A DNA stretch of 56,326 nucleotides from an uncultured Gammaproteobacteria bacterium (GCA_964531275.1 CAZHDZ010000001.1:10556-66881), one strand, 5' to 3'. Counted from the first letter of the stretch, positions 38,234 through 47,384 are shown. The notes: generated from the letters alone by a model not told the origin. Numbers and translations are program-made.

Positions 38234-38812
38234 ATGAATCTGCCCAAACTAATAGGAATCATTCTTCATCCAATTCTCCTTGCAATCCCAGGAGTTTTTT
38301 TGATCGTCTTAAGCTCTACAAATGACTTGAGCAGCGCTGTTTATTGGACAATAATTTCGCTGATTTTCTCAGGAGTAATATCATTATTTGTCCTGTATGG
38401 TGTACGAAAGAAATTTTTCAATAACCTTGATGTTTCAAATCGAAAACAGCGTGTTATTTTATACCCATTTGCAGTGGTTGTAATATTAATTTTTGCATAT
38501 TACATTCATTCCCAGAATGGCCCTGACGCTCTTGTAGGTGCAAGCGTCCTATTCACAATTTCTCTTGTACTTCTGGACTTAATTAACAGAAAAATAAAGG
38601 CAAGTATTCATGTAGCATCTGTGGCTGCTATGGTTACTGGAATAATGTTGGTATACGGAGGCCCGTCATATTTTCTAATACTCCTAATTCCAATATCCGC
38701 TTGGGCACGTATTAAGCAGAAGCGTCATTCGTTGCCTGAGACAATTGTGGGTGCGGCAAGCGGTATACTGTTGACGTTAATTGGTGTGTTTGTAGTACAA
38801 TTATTTGTGTAA
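38234..38812 (+). CDS. Polytopic membrane protein, PAP2-like phosphatase candidate
   Basis: SIHVAS and ARIKQKRHSLPETIVGAASG resemble the PAP2 C2/C3 motifs. ATG 38234 lies 1 nt after the gltX stop. Confidence 0.4.
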   Translation: MNLPKLIGIILHPILLAIPGVFLIVLSSTNDLSSAVYWTIISLIFSGVISLFVLYGVRKKFFNNLDVSNRKQRVILYPFAVVVILIFAYYIHSQNGPDALVGASVLFTISLVLLDLINRKIKASIHVASVAAMVTGIMLVYGGPSYFLILLIPISAWARIKQKRHSLPETIVGAASGILLTLIGVFVVQLFV

Positions 38813-39177
38813 TGGACATCGCAAAATTTATTAGATCATTTGGATATGCATTTGATGGCCTGAAATTGTCAGTTACAGTTGACCAAAATGTACGATTCCA
38901 TTTAGTCGTTGGTTTTTTGGTTTTTATAATTAGTTTTTTTCTAAAAGTTCCAACCGCAGAACTCCTTTTTGTAATTTTTGCGATTTTCTTTGTAGTAATT
39001 TGTGAAATGCTCAATACTGCAATTGAGGAAATGACAAATTTAATCAAAATAGAACATAGCAAAGAAGCTCGTATCGCAAAGGATATCGCGGCCGCCGCAG
39101 TGCTGTTATCTGCTTTATTTGCTGTAGTTGTAGGGGTAATAGTTCTCGTTCCTCGTCTTCTCTCTCTATTCGCTTAA
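38812..39177 (+). CDS. dgkA: Diacylglycerol/undecaprenol kinase (DagK family)
   Basis: VRFHLVV...EMLNTAIEEM...AKDIAAAAVL; 3 TM segments, 121 aa. Confidence 0.8.
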   Translation: MDIAKFIRSFGYAFDGLKLSVTVDQNVRFHLVVGFLVFIISFFLKVPTAELLFVIFAIFFVVICEMLNTAIEEMTNLIKIEHSKEARIAKDIAAAAVLLSALFAVVVGVIVLVPRLLSLFA

Positions 39178-39204
39178 TCCTAAATCACTTAATCACTTAA
39201 TCAG

Positions 39205-39465
39205 TTAGTTTTTGTTTCTAGTATCCGAGTGGCCGTGGGTTAGCGCAAGTATTTCAGAAAGCTTTTTTACGAATTTATTTGCATGCTCACGACTCATGCC
39301 TATGCGTGATACTACCTGAAGTTGTGTTGAATTTCCAACCTTCTGACATATATCAAAAGTTACTCCATCATCATTCACGTTCATAAAAACGGTATCGGTA
39401 TATAAAATACTTACCTTCTCAGGATTAAGGTTAACTTGAAATTGTGCTTCGTCATTTTTTGCCAT
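39205..39465 (-). CDS. DUF3467-family small protein
   Basis: YTDTVFMNVNDDGVTFDICQ...VVSRIGMSREHANKFVKKL. Confidence 0.55.
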   Translation of the reverse strand: MAKNDEAQFQVNLNPEKVSILYTDTVFMNVNDDGVTFDICQKVGNSTQLQVVSRIGMSREHANKFVKKLSEILALTHGHSDTRNKN

Positions 39466-39468
39466 AGG

Positions 39469-39792
39469 TTATCGTACTTTTGATCCCGGTGCTACTTCTT
39501 TTGCTGGTTGCAGGAGGGTGATATTATCAAGATCGTCACCTGTTGCAAGTATCATGCCTTGGCTTTCTTCGCCCAACATCATCCTGGGTTCCAAATTGGT
39601 TATTGCTACTAGTTGCTTGCCTATTATGTCCTCTGGCTGGTAGCTTTTTCCTATGCCGGAAAGTATTTGTCTTTTCTCGTCTCCCAAATCAACAATTAAT
39701 TTTAAAAGCTTGTCAGAACCTTCCATTTGAGTAGCTTCAAGGACAGTAATTATTTTAAATTCTAACTTCGCGAAATCATCAATAGTTGCCAT
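39469..39792 (-). CDS. tRNA-binding (EMAP/CsaA-like OB) domain protein
   Basis: KLLKLIVDLGDEKRQILSGI...NLEPRMMLGEESQGMILA. Confidence 0.75.
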   Translation of the reverse strand: MATIDDFAKLEFKIITVLEATQMEGSDKLLKLIVDLGDEKRQILSGIGKSYQPEDIIGKQLVAITNLEPRMMLGEESQGMILATGDDLDNITLLQPAKEVAPGSKVR

Positions 39793-39798
39793 GAACTC

Positions 39799-39804
39799 AT
39801 ATTA
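39799..39804 (-). promoter_or_regulatory. -10 TAATAT (minus strand), exactly 6 nt upstream of ATG 39792
   Basis: Reverse complement of 39793-39804 reads taatatgagttc, followed by atg. Confidence 0.45.
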
Positions 39805-39823
39805 CTTTTAGCATGCTTATATG

Positions 39824-41260
39824 TCAAGGTTTTAGGTAGAGGTAATAATCTCCGATTTTCTTGATAAACGTATACTTTTCAATAACATGTTTTCTTAGTG
39901 ATGTGTTTGGATTTCTGTCAGTAAGAAATACAATCTTTACATCCTTTGCAACTAACGAATAAATAGAAAGTTGTTGATACTCTGCATCTGGAATAAATCC
40001 AGGGAAATCATATGGGTTGGGTTGAGGACGATCTAGTAGAAAGTAAAGTAGTGGAGCGTATGTATCAAAATAGATGTATTCTCCTTCTTGAGAGTAACTA
40101 GTAATAGCTGATTTTATATCGCTATATTCTGAAAGAAATTTCCTATTTGTATAGACATTCGCCTTGTCCGAAAGGAAGTAATTATTCTCAGAAAGCACTG
40201 TATCCCATCGATAATATCCCTTGAAAAGTGCAGTTTGAAATCCTGTCGCAATCATTGTTACAAGAAGCACATACATTGCTGCTTTGACAGATGGAAGGGG
40301 TAATTTATTAATTATAATTGCAGCTGGCAATCCGAGGAGTGACAAAAGAGGTACTAGGTGTACATAGTCACTGGTTGGGCGCATGCCAATGACGAAAAAC
40401 AAAAGCGTTATTGTAGGTACAAACACTAGTTGATATCGTTTCCTATATATGAGGATAAATATGCATAGAACGGAAAGTAGGGGGAGAACAAAATACAATC
40501 CTGCCCGAAAAATTGTCTGGATTGGGGTGTCTATAAAAAGTATCGAGGTTGTAATGTCTTGATTGATAAGAACCTTCTGTATGGTAAATGTATAAAAGTC
40601 GGAGATAAATCCAGGAAAGGACTGGGTTGTTAAAAGATATAGTACAAAAATTATAATTCCCCAGGCATATCCGTAGAAAAGTTCAAGTACCTTTTGAAAT
40701 TTATCCTTGTTAAAAATAATAAAGTGAATTGCTATTGGAAGAAAAATAATCCCAAAATTTTGTTTTGATAGAAAGACCATAAATGATAAAAAGCCGACTA
40801 AAAATGGCAGAAAATAAATCCTTGTTGTTGAATATAAAAGAGTTAAATAAATTGAGAGTAAAGCAAAAGGTATAACAAACATGACCGGCCATGAAAAATT
40901 TATATGGCTTGGTCCCCAAGAGATATAAAGAAGAACAGACAAGAATGCATAAAGATCTTTCTTGGCGGTAAGTTTTACTATTTTGTAAATGAGCAGGGTA
41001 GAGGCAACGCTTAGAATAAGCATCAAAATGCGTGAAGAAAAGATGCTTGATCCAAAAATTAGGAAAGATAGGGTTGTTAGAAATATGCTAATTGGGGTGT
41101 AGCTGAAGTGGAAATCTCTATAAGGAATAAGTCCTTGTAAAAATTTTTCAGCACTATTTAGTACATATCCCTCGTCATGAACTATTAAGCCACGAAAATG
41201 AAAGTAGATAAGAATGGGCAGTAGGATAATAAAGTATGCCTTATGGCGTGTGAACCGCAT
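39824..41260 (-). CDS. GT-C fold polytopic glycosyltransferase-like membrane protein
   Basis: Loop-1 motif IVHDEGYVLNSAEKF and more than 10 TM segments. Confidence 0.6.
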   Translation of the reverse strand: MRFTRHKAYFIILLPILIYFHFRGLIVHDEGYVLNSAEKFLQGLIPYRDFHFSYTPISIFLTTLSFLIFGSSIFSSRILMLILSVASTLLIYKIVKLTAKKDLYAFLSVLLYISWGPSHINFSWPVMFVIPFALLSIYLTLLYSTTRIYFLPFLVGFLSFMVFLSKQNFGIIFLPIAIHFIIFNKDKFQKVLELFYGYAWGIIIFVLYLLTTQSFPGFISDFYTFTIQKVLINQDITTSILFIDTPIQTIFRAGLYFVLPLLSVLCIFILIYRKRYQLVFVPTITLLFFVIGMRPTSDYVHLVPLLSLLGLPAAIIINKLPLPSVKAAMYVLLVTMIATGFQTALFKGYYRWDTVLSENNYFLSDKANVYTNRKFLSEYSDIKSAITSYSQEGEYIYFDTYAPLLYFLLDRPQPNPYDFPGFIPDAEYQQLSIYSLVAKDVKIVFLTDRNPNTSLRKHVIEKYTFIKKIGDYYLYLKP

Positions 41261-41318
41261 CCTGCCTGAATTTATTCATTATATCAAAGTTGAATAGCTT
41301 TCTATATAATGGATATTC

Positions 41319-42521
41319 ATGATAAAAAGACGCATTCAGTCAATTAAAGAAAATAAGAATTTAGCGATCATTGGGCTTATAGCTGTTGTAAATGCATTGG
41401 GTTACGGGATTATTATTCCGATTATTTATTCTTACTCTCAGAAATTTGGTCTTACAGATTTTCAAAACGGACTGCTTTTCGCCTTATTCTCGTTGTGCTC
41501 ATTTATAGCAACTCCATTCATTGGACGTCTTTCCGATAAGTATGGAAGAAAGCCGTTGCTTGTGGCATCAATTGTTGGCACAACAGTATCTTTCGTTATG
41601 GCTGCTTTTGCGCCAAGTGCGTTAATTTTATTTTTGGCTCGGGCATTGGATGGAATTACAGCCGGGAATATTCCGGTCGCTTCTGCTGTTATTTCAGATA
41701 CAACTCTTCCCAAGGATAGAGCAAAGGGATTCGGAATTATAGGAGCTGCGTTTGGATTCGGTTTTGTATTCGGACCAGCAATATCGGCTGCAACTGTAGG
41801 TTTTGGATTGCATGTGCCATTCTTGATAGCCGCTGGAATTTCGTTGCTTGCAGTTTTTATAACGTACTTTTTCCTACCAGAGACCAACAAACACATCGGT
41901 CAAGTAAGCGAGGGTAAGATTTTTGATTTTCCAAAAATGGCGCGTGCTGTTGTGGATCCAAATGTAGGGTTAACACTTCTCATATCCCTCATATATAACG
42001 TTGCTCTCGGGATGTTCATATTTGCGTTTCAACCATTCTCTGTAAAGGTTCTTCATATGAGTCCAAATCAAATTGCTCTATTATTTACACTTTTTGGAGT
42101 TATTGGTCTTATAACGCAATTATTTATTCTTCAACGAGCGGTAAGATTTTTTGGCGAGAAAAAAGCCTTCTCAATTGCGCTTGCCATTTCTGCCATCTCG
42201 TATCTTCTTATATTCTTTACGACAAGCATAAATATATTCTTAGCAATAATAGTGCTTTCTGGGCTTGCAAATTCTTTTGTTGCGCCCCTTGTGCAGACAC
42301 TACTTTCCAAAGAAACAGATGAAAAATCCCAAGGCTCTATTCAGGGAATTAACGCGTCTTATGTAAGCTTGGGAAATATCATGGGCCCAATAATAGCAGG
42401 AGTGTTAGCAACTGCATACCTTCCATTGCCTTTTCTCATAAGCTCTTTTGTAATACTCGTATGTCTTGTATTGTCTTTTAGCGTCATGAAGAAGAATGCT
42501 CCAAAAGAGCATCTATTCTAG
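41319..42521 (+). CDS. MFS transporter (drug/H+ antiporter-like)
   Basis: GRLSDKYGRKP motif; 12 TM segments. Confidence 0.8.
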   Translation: MIKRRIQSIKENKNLAIIGLIAVVNALGYGIIIPIIYSYSQKFGLTDFQNGLLFALFSLCSFIATPFIGRLSDKYGRKPLLVASIVGTTVSFVMAAFAPSALILFLARALDGITAGNIPVASAVISDTTLPKDRAKGFGIIGAAFGFGFVFGPAISAATVGFGLHVPFLIAAGISLLAVFITYFFLPETNKHIGQVSEGKIFDFPKMARAVVDPNVGLTLLISLIYNVALGMFIFAFQPFSVKVLHMSPNQIALLFTLFGVIGLITQLFILQRAVRFFGEKKAFSIALAISAISYLLIFFTTSINIFLAIIVLSGLANSFVAPLVQTLLSKETDEKSQGSIQGINASYVSLGNIMGPIIAGVLATAYLPLPFLISSFVILVCLVLSFSVMKKNAPKEHLF

Positions 42522-43828
42522 AGTGGATGAATGTAGTAATACGTTATATATATTGTCATAACAATAAATATATAAAAAAGCGTATTTGAAAAAACCTTCA
42601 AGAGAAATTCTTTCTTCAATAAGTAGAGTAATATTAATGGCCCAAACATTCCCAGAAGCATTAGCCTAAAAGCTATTGTGGGTAGACCAAACTTTGCTTC
42701 ATAGTAATAACGAATAACAAATAGCCCAACAAATACCGCGGTTGTAGCAATATACAGGCCACCTTTTTTAATACTTTCTGAAAGCAGATTTGCTGTAAGT
42801 AGTGCAAAGAACGGAAAGAGCGGGATCATATACCAACCCATCTCTCCGTGTTGCGTTAATGAGAAAATCATTAGGAAAAAGTAGGTAAACGCAGGAATTA
42901 AAATATATTGATGTTTCTTAAATTCAGAAAGTGCTGCAAAGAGCGACACAAATCCTAATAAGTACCAGCCATCAAAGTAGACTTTATTTACAATAATAGG
43001 ATTAAAAAGGAGAGTGTTTAGGACATTAGGGCCTAGCTCCCTAAAGCTTTGGACCTGTAGAATTGCCAAGAACAATTCCCAGTTATAAATATAACCATAC
43101 AATGCGTAAGTCGAAATAATAAGAATAGTAATAACTGAAAACATTACGATAAGTCTTAGTTTTACTTTTTCAAGAAGCATGAGTAGAAAAATTGATGCTC
43201 CCACAGTTATTCCTAACTCCTTTGCCCAGAAGGAAAACCCGGAAATAATAGCTAAGATTATTATGTGAAGTATGTTAATTTTCTTTCTGTATTTTAGAAA
43301 AATCAGAAGAGCACCAAGAGATAGAGGGGTTAATAAATTCTCAGCAAAAACAGTTCTTGTTTCCATGACAAAAAGAGTTGCTACGGAATAAATTAAAAGC
43401 CCCCAGGCAGCAGTTTTTTTGTCATAAATGATTTGGGCTATAAAGTGCAGAAGGATAGTAGAGATTACCCAAAGCGCTATTGGTACTTGCCGAATTGTGC
43501 CGATTGAGATTTTCTGAAATGTATTTTCACCGTTTATAAGTGCCCATCCTCCAACAAGTAACCCATTCAATGGGGGGTGATCAAAGTAGGGTGTAACGAT
43601 TGGAAATAGAATGCCATCTATTTTTATGTCATGTCTCTGCCCCAGTCCTGGATATGCAGGGAAATGTGACCAAGAAGTGGGTACTCCAGTTGTTAGAATG
43701 CTTAACCCTAAAAATGAATATGTGAATTCATCTGATGAAGCGCCTCTTGGTGGGTATTGAGTATAGTTATGAAATCTTAAAAAAAGTCCTAAAAGAATTA
43801 TTAGAGCAATTAGTATTTTAAATTTCAT
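42518..43828 (-). CDS. GT-C fold (GT39-like) polytopic glycosyltransferase
   Basis: PPRGASSDEFTYSFLGLSIL loop-1 motif; more than 10 TM segments. Confidence 0.6.
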   Translation of the reverse strand: MKFKILIALIILLGLFLRFHNYTQYPPRGASSDEFTYSFLGLSILTTGVPTSWSHFPAYPGLGQRHDIKIDGILFPIVTPYFDHPPLNGLLVGGWALINGENTFQKISIGTIRQVPIALWVISTILLHFIAQIIYDKKTAAWGLLIYSVATLFVMETRTVFAENLLTPLSLGALLIFLKYRKKINILHIIILAIISGFSFWAKELGITVGASIFLLMLLEKVKLRLIVMFSVITILIISTYALYGYIYNWELFLAILQVQSFRELGPNVLNTLLFNPIIVNKVYFDGWYLLGFVSLFAALSEFKKHQYILIPAFTYFFLMIFSLTQHGEMGWYMIPLFPFFALLTANLLSESIKKGGLYIATTAVFVGLFVIRYYYEAKFGLPTIAFRLMLLGMFGPLILLYLLKKEFLLKVFSNTLFYIFIVMTIYITYYYIHPL

Positions 43829-44329
43829 CTACTTTATATATAGGTATACGTCATTTTTCTTTTTTGTTACTTTCCAATTTTTAAATTTTAAGTGATTGCT
43901 TGCGACCTTTGCTCCTGGTTTTAATTCTTTAAGTAACTTTTTCTCAAGTCGACCCATCATTGGGGGCACACCCCACACCGTTACATAATCAAATTTGGAG
44001 AAATCTTCCTTCCAATAGTCCTTTAGAAGAATGGTACCCTTACTATTTGATTGCCTGATTTTAAATCGAGATATAAGAACAAGAAGTGGATTAATTTCAT
44101 AGCCATACGATTTAAGCCCTCTCATGCTTGCAGCAATTACAATGCGTCCGTCCCCTGATCCTAAATCAAGAAATTTCTTGCCCTTAACAGGTTGTAAAAG
44201 TTGGAACATTGTTGTTATGCGATTGGTAGATAGTGCGGCATAAGATGCTCCGAGGAACATGGAATAAGAAAGGATATAAATAACGTAAATTAAAAAAAAC
44301 AGAAGAATGAGATTGATAATAATATCCAC
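43829..44329 (-). CDS. Membrane-anchored class I SAM-dependent methyltransferase
   Basis: N-terminal TM plus motif I, FLDLGSGDGRIV. Confidence 0.7.
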   Translation of the reverse strand: MDIIINLILLFFLIYVIYILSYSMFLGASYAALSTNRITTMFQLLQPVKGKKFLDLGSGDGRIVIAASMRGLKSYGYEINPLLVLISRFKIRQSNSKGTILLKDYWKEDFSKFDYVTVWGVPPMMGRLEKKLLKELKPGAKVASNHLKFKNWKVTKKKNDVYLYIK

Positions 44330-44331
44330 GT

Positions 44332-44610
44332 CTATTTCACTTTTGTAAATCGATTAACCTTTTTACCATTAAATGTAGGTTTACTCAACCACACATCAAG
44401 GTCTCTAATAAATGTTATACCCTCAACATAGTCTGCTTTATAAATTACACAAACTTTATTAGTTGCTTCTTGTATGGCGAGGTCAAGGATAGTATATGTG
44501 TGTGATGGGTTTTTGTAATGGTAATACTGGGCACCAATTGAGATTTTCTTTTTCCCTTTTTCAATCTCCTTGGCTAGGTCCTTAGTTGTTAATTTGATTT
44601 CATTTTTCAT
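44332..44610 (-). CDS. DUF1653-family protein
   Basis: YYHYKNPSHTYTILDLAIQEATNKVCVIYKA. Confidence 0.55.
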   Translation of the reverse strand: MKNEIKLTTKDLAKEIEKGKKKISIGAQYYHYKNPSHTYTILDLAIQEATNKVCVIYKADYVEGITFIRDLDVWLSKPTFNGKKVNRFTKVK

Positions 44611-45121
44611 CGGGTACGAAGTAGAGGGCGGCTGAATTCATGCAGTATCTCTTACCCGTTGGTTCTGGACCATCGTCAAATACATGCCCTAAGTGGCCAC
44701 CACATTTATCCAATACCTCTATCCTTTCAACGCCCAATGTTGTATCGGATCTAAGCACCAGCGCGTCTTTTGAAATTGGTTCCCAAAAGCTGGGCCATCC
44801 CGTATTGCTTTCATATTTACTCTCAGATCTAAATACTGGCTCTTCACATCCGACACTATAAAATGTTCCCTTCCTTTTTTCATTTAAAAGCTCACCAGTA
44901 AAAGGTGTCTCAGTTCCTTCTTCTCGTAATATATTGTATTGCTGCGGTGTAAGTATTTTCTTCCATTCTTCATCTGTTTTAAATTTAGTTTTGTCAAAAG
45001 AACCTGAAATGAGTTTCTGAGCAGGAGGTTCCTTTTGAGTAATACTTGATTTTTGTCTAGAGAAGAAAAGCAAAAAACCGATTGCCAGAGCAAATAGAAC
45101 AACGGGAAGAACTCTTTTCAT
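44600..45121 (-). CDS. msrB: Peptide-methionine (R)-S-oxide reductase MsrB with an N-terminal signal/anchor
   Basis: GWPSFW, GHLGHVFDDGP and RYCMNS; N-terminus reads MKRVLPVVLFALAIGFLLFF. Confidence 0.9.
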   Translation of the reverse strand: MKRVLPVVLFALAIGFLLFFSRQKSSITQKEPPAQKLISGSFDKTKFKTDEEWKKILTPQQYNILREEGTETPFTGELLNEKRKGTFYSVGCEEPVFRSESKYESNTGWPSFWEPISKDALVLRSDTTLGVERIEVLDKCGGHLGHVFDDGPEPTGKRYCMNSAALYFVPDEK

Positions 45122-45127
45122 ACTGTT

Positions 45128-45136
45128 AGTATACCA
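45128..45136 (-). promoter_or_regulatory. Extended -10 TGgTATACT (minus strand), exactly 6 nt upstream of the msrB ATG 45121
   Basis: Reverse complement of 45122-45136 reads tggtatactaacagt, followed by atg. Confidence 0.55.
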
Positions 45137-45232
45137 AACGCTTATTACATGTCTCTTTCACTTTTCTTAATTAGTTCAGACGTCAGCATCCTATGATTTG
45201 ATAATTAATATGCAGAAAAGAGGTGATTCCAA

Positions 45233-45541
45233 TTGAATAAAAAAACACAAAAAGTTAACCCCGTTCTAAGTGCTGCTGCTGGCGCAGTGGTCGGTGCTGG
45301 ACTGGGCATGGCTGCTGGAGCTGCTGCAAACGATGCCAAGACAAGAAAACAAGTTGAGAACGTTGTTAAGACTGTCAAAAAGCAAGCAGAGGGCTACATA
45401 AAATCTATCGACACGAAAAAAAGTATGGAAGAAGTAGAACAAGTAGCTAGGGATGCTATTGCGAAAGCAAGCAAAAATAAAAAAGCTGCATCAGTAGTTA
45501 AAAAGGTGCAAGGTTCTACCAAGAAGGCAAATCATAAATAA
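45233..45541 (+). CDS. Small Lys/Ala-rich protein with a Gly/Ala-rich N-terminal segment (YtxH-like?). TTG start with an SD.
   Basis: agaggtga lies 6 nt upstream of TTG 45233; LSAAAGAVVGAGLGMAAGAAA. Confidence 0.4.
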   Translation: MNKKTQKVNPVLSAAAGAVVGAGLGMAAGAAANDAKTRKQVENVVKTVKKQAEGYIKSIDTKKSMEEVEQVARDAIAKASKNKKAASVVKKVQGSTKKANHK

Positions 45542-45542
45542 T

Positions 45543-45788
45543 ATGTCATTGCAGGATATTTTCTATTTGGTCGCTATAATTGCAATGTCTTTGTTAACGG
45601 TACTTTTCCTGACATTGGTTGTACTTACTTTTTATATAAAGTCTAAGCTGAGTGATATTTTCGATACGCTTTCACATCCGGGAAAAATTGTTTCATCTGT
45701 TGGAAATGCCATGGTCGATACTGCGATTGATCAAGTTTCTAAATTTACAAACCATAGAAAGAGAAAGTACGTAAAAAAGTTAGAATAA
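45543..45788 (+). CDS. Small single-TM protein
   Basis: TM segment IFYLVAIIAMSLLTVLFLTLVVLTFYI; starts 1 nt after the upstream stop. Confidence 0.45.
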   Translation: MSLQDIFYLVAIIAMSLLTVLFLTLVVLTFYIKSKLSDIFDTLSHPGKIVSSVGNAMVDTAIDQVSKFTNHRKRKYVKKLE

Positions 45789-45814
45789 ATAAGAACACGT
45801 TTTACTTTACATTG

Positions 45815-45843
45815 TTGACATAGGACGTATTGAGGAATAATAT
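45815..45843 (+). promoter_or_regulatory. Near-consensus promoter TTGACA-N17-TAATAT, 6 nt upstream of ATG 45850 (predicted leaderless)
   Basis: Read directly. The intervening ctcctc has no SD. Confidence 0.6.
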
Positions 45844-45849
45844 CTCCTC

Positions 45850-46803
45850 ATGGTTAATATAGAATGTGGATTTCAGCAGACACCTCAGCCTAATATATAT
45901 GGAGTAGAGGCAAAATTCCCTACACCTGAGCAAATGACAGCAAATCATGAGAGGTTGCTTGTTATGCTTTCTGGGCAAAGAAATAAAGATGGAAGTGCTG
46001 CGAATACTCCCGAATTTCTTGCAGGATTTTTTGGATACTCTGTTGACCATGTAAATAGTCTTATAGCAGAGGCAGTGAATCCGACTCTCAGAGAAGTTCC
46101 GATCCTTACGCCAACGATTTCCTCAACAGCTGAATTACAATCTGTTGGCCGATCTCTTTCCACAGTAGAAGTGTCCTTGTCAGAATTGCCCGCACAAGTG
46201 GTAGTAGCAGGCGGCGCTACAGAAAAAGCTAAGAAAGAAAAAGAGCTTGTGCCTGGGGAAAGGGCATATTTTATGGGGATGGCGAAAGGAAAATATCTTG
46301 GAAAAAGAGGGTCAAGATATGGGGTAGAAAATATAACCGTAAGATCAGACACAGAGAATGAGGAGGTTAGAAATTTTCTTGAGCAAACCTACGGTATTCA
46401 TGGAGAAACAACTTCAACTTCTCATAGGGTGGAATTTTTTCTCCCAAGCCCACAATTTGATTTTTTGCTAGATCCTAATCCGTCAATAAGTATGTTGGAG
46501 AACGCTTGGAGATTTGCCCCCTTCTTGCTTGGAGTGATGCATTCAAAGGGTGTTGATAAAGACGGTAGGCTTGTTCATCCAGATGAAGATTTACTAAGAA
46601 CAATTGAGACATTTTACAGTTTGCATTTTGATAAGCCGATCGGAGAAGTGCAACAAAACAAAAGGACGCAAAAGCGTTCACCCTTTTTGAAGATAAAAGA
46701 TATAGAGGGAGTATATAGCACATTATATGGAGTCCCTTCTGTGCAGCAAATTCCGTTTGTTGAAAAGTTACCGGGATACCCGCAAGAGGCTAATCAGAAA
46801 TAA
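45850..46803 (+). CDS. Orphan 317-aa protein; possible degenerate LAGLIDADG-like repeats (speculative)
   Basis: FLAGFFGYS, AYFMGMAKGKYLG...ITVRSDTENEEVRNFLEQTYGI, and FLLGVMHSKGV...DEDLLRTIETFYSL. Confidence 0.45.
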   Translation: MVNIECGFQQTPQPNIYGVEAKFPTPEQMTANHERLLVMLSGQRNKDGSAANTPEFLAGFFGYSVDHVNSLIAEAVNPTLREVPILTPTISSTAELQSVGRSLSTVEVSLSELPAQVVVAGGATEKAKKEKELVPGERAYFMGMAKGKYLGKRGSRYGVENITVRSDTENEEVRNFLEQTYGIHGETTSTSHRVEFFLPSPQFDFLLDPNPSISMLENAWRFAPFLLGVMHSKGVDKDGRLVHPDEDLLRTIETFYSLHFDKPIGEVQQNKRTQKRSPFLKIKDIEGVYSTLYGVPSVQQIPFVEKLPGYPQEANQK

Positions 46804-47368
46804 TTTTTGTAATCTTTATATTTTCCAATTGTTCTTTTGAATTCCTGATAGATTTTCTATACGCACTTCCTGAAACAACTTTCGTGTAATCCGAAACTTT
46901 TTGGATAAATTCAATTCCGTCCAAATGATCCACCTCATGCTGGATAACTCTTGCAAGAAGACCATTGCAATTTAGAGAAAAGATTTTCCCATTTTCATCA
47001 CATGCTTCAACTGTTATTTCAGAAGATCGTAAGACTGGTCCAAATAATTCGCCTTCAGCGACACTACCGCACCCTTCATATATAGATACTCTTTCTTTTG
47101 ACGATTTCGTAATAGTAGGATTTATAAAGACTCTAAAGATATCTTCTTTAAATAATTTTCTTGATTTTGTATTACGAGGATGTGTTATAAAAATTTGGAA
47201 ATTCTTTCCAATTTGCGTGGCAGCGATTCCTACGAGGCCAGTGTCATACATAGTGTCTTTCAGATCTTTGATCACCTTTTTAATTACTGGCGAAGAAAAG
47301 TCTCTGACTTTAAGGTTTTTTGCACGTAATGCTTTATCTCCGACCTGCGTAAGTTTTTTGATAGCCAT
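46790..47368 (-). CDS. def: Peptide deformylase
   Basis: GIAATQIG, EGCGS and HEVDHLDG. Confidence 0.9.
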   Translation of the reverse strand: MAIKKLTQVGDKALRAKNLKVRDFSSPVIKKVIKDLKDTMYDTGLVGIAATQIGKNFQIFITHPRNTKSRKLFKEDIFRVFINPTITKSSKERVSIYEGCGSVAEGELFGPVLRSSEITVEACDENGKIFSLNCNGLLARVIQHEVDHLDGIEFIQKVSDYTKVVSGSAYRKSIRNSKEQLENIKITKIISD

Positions 47369-47375
47369 ACAACGA

Positions 47376-47384
47376 ATTATATCA
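47376..47384 (-). promoter_or_regulatory. Extended -10 TGaTATAAT (minus strand), 7 nt upstream of the def ATG 47368
   Basis: Reverse complement of 47369-47384 reads tgatataattcgttgt, followed by atg. Confidence 0.5.

Noticed and set aside
39183-39206. Short tandem aatcactt x3 between the convergent dgkA and DUF3467 genes
   Set aside because: It is only 24 nt, degenerate in the third unit, and has no associated hairpin or ORF. It is too small to interpret.
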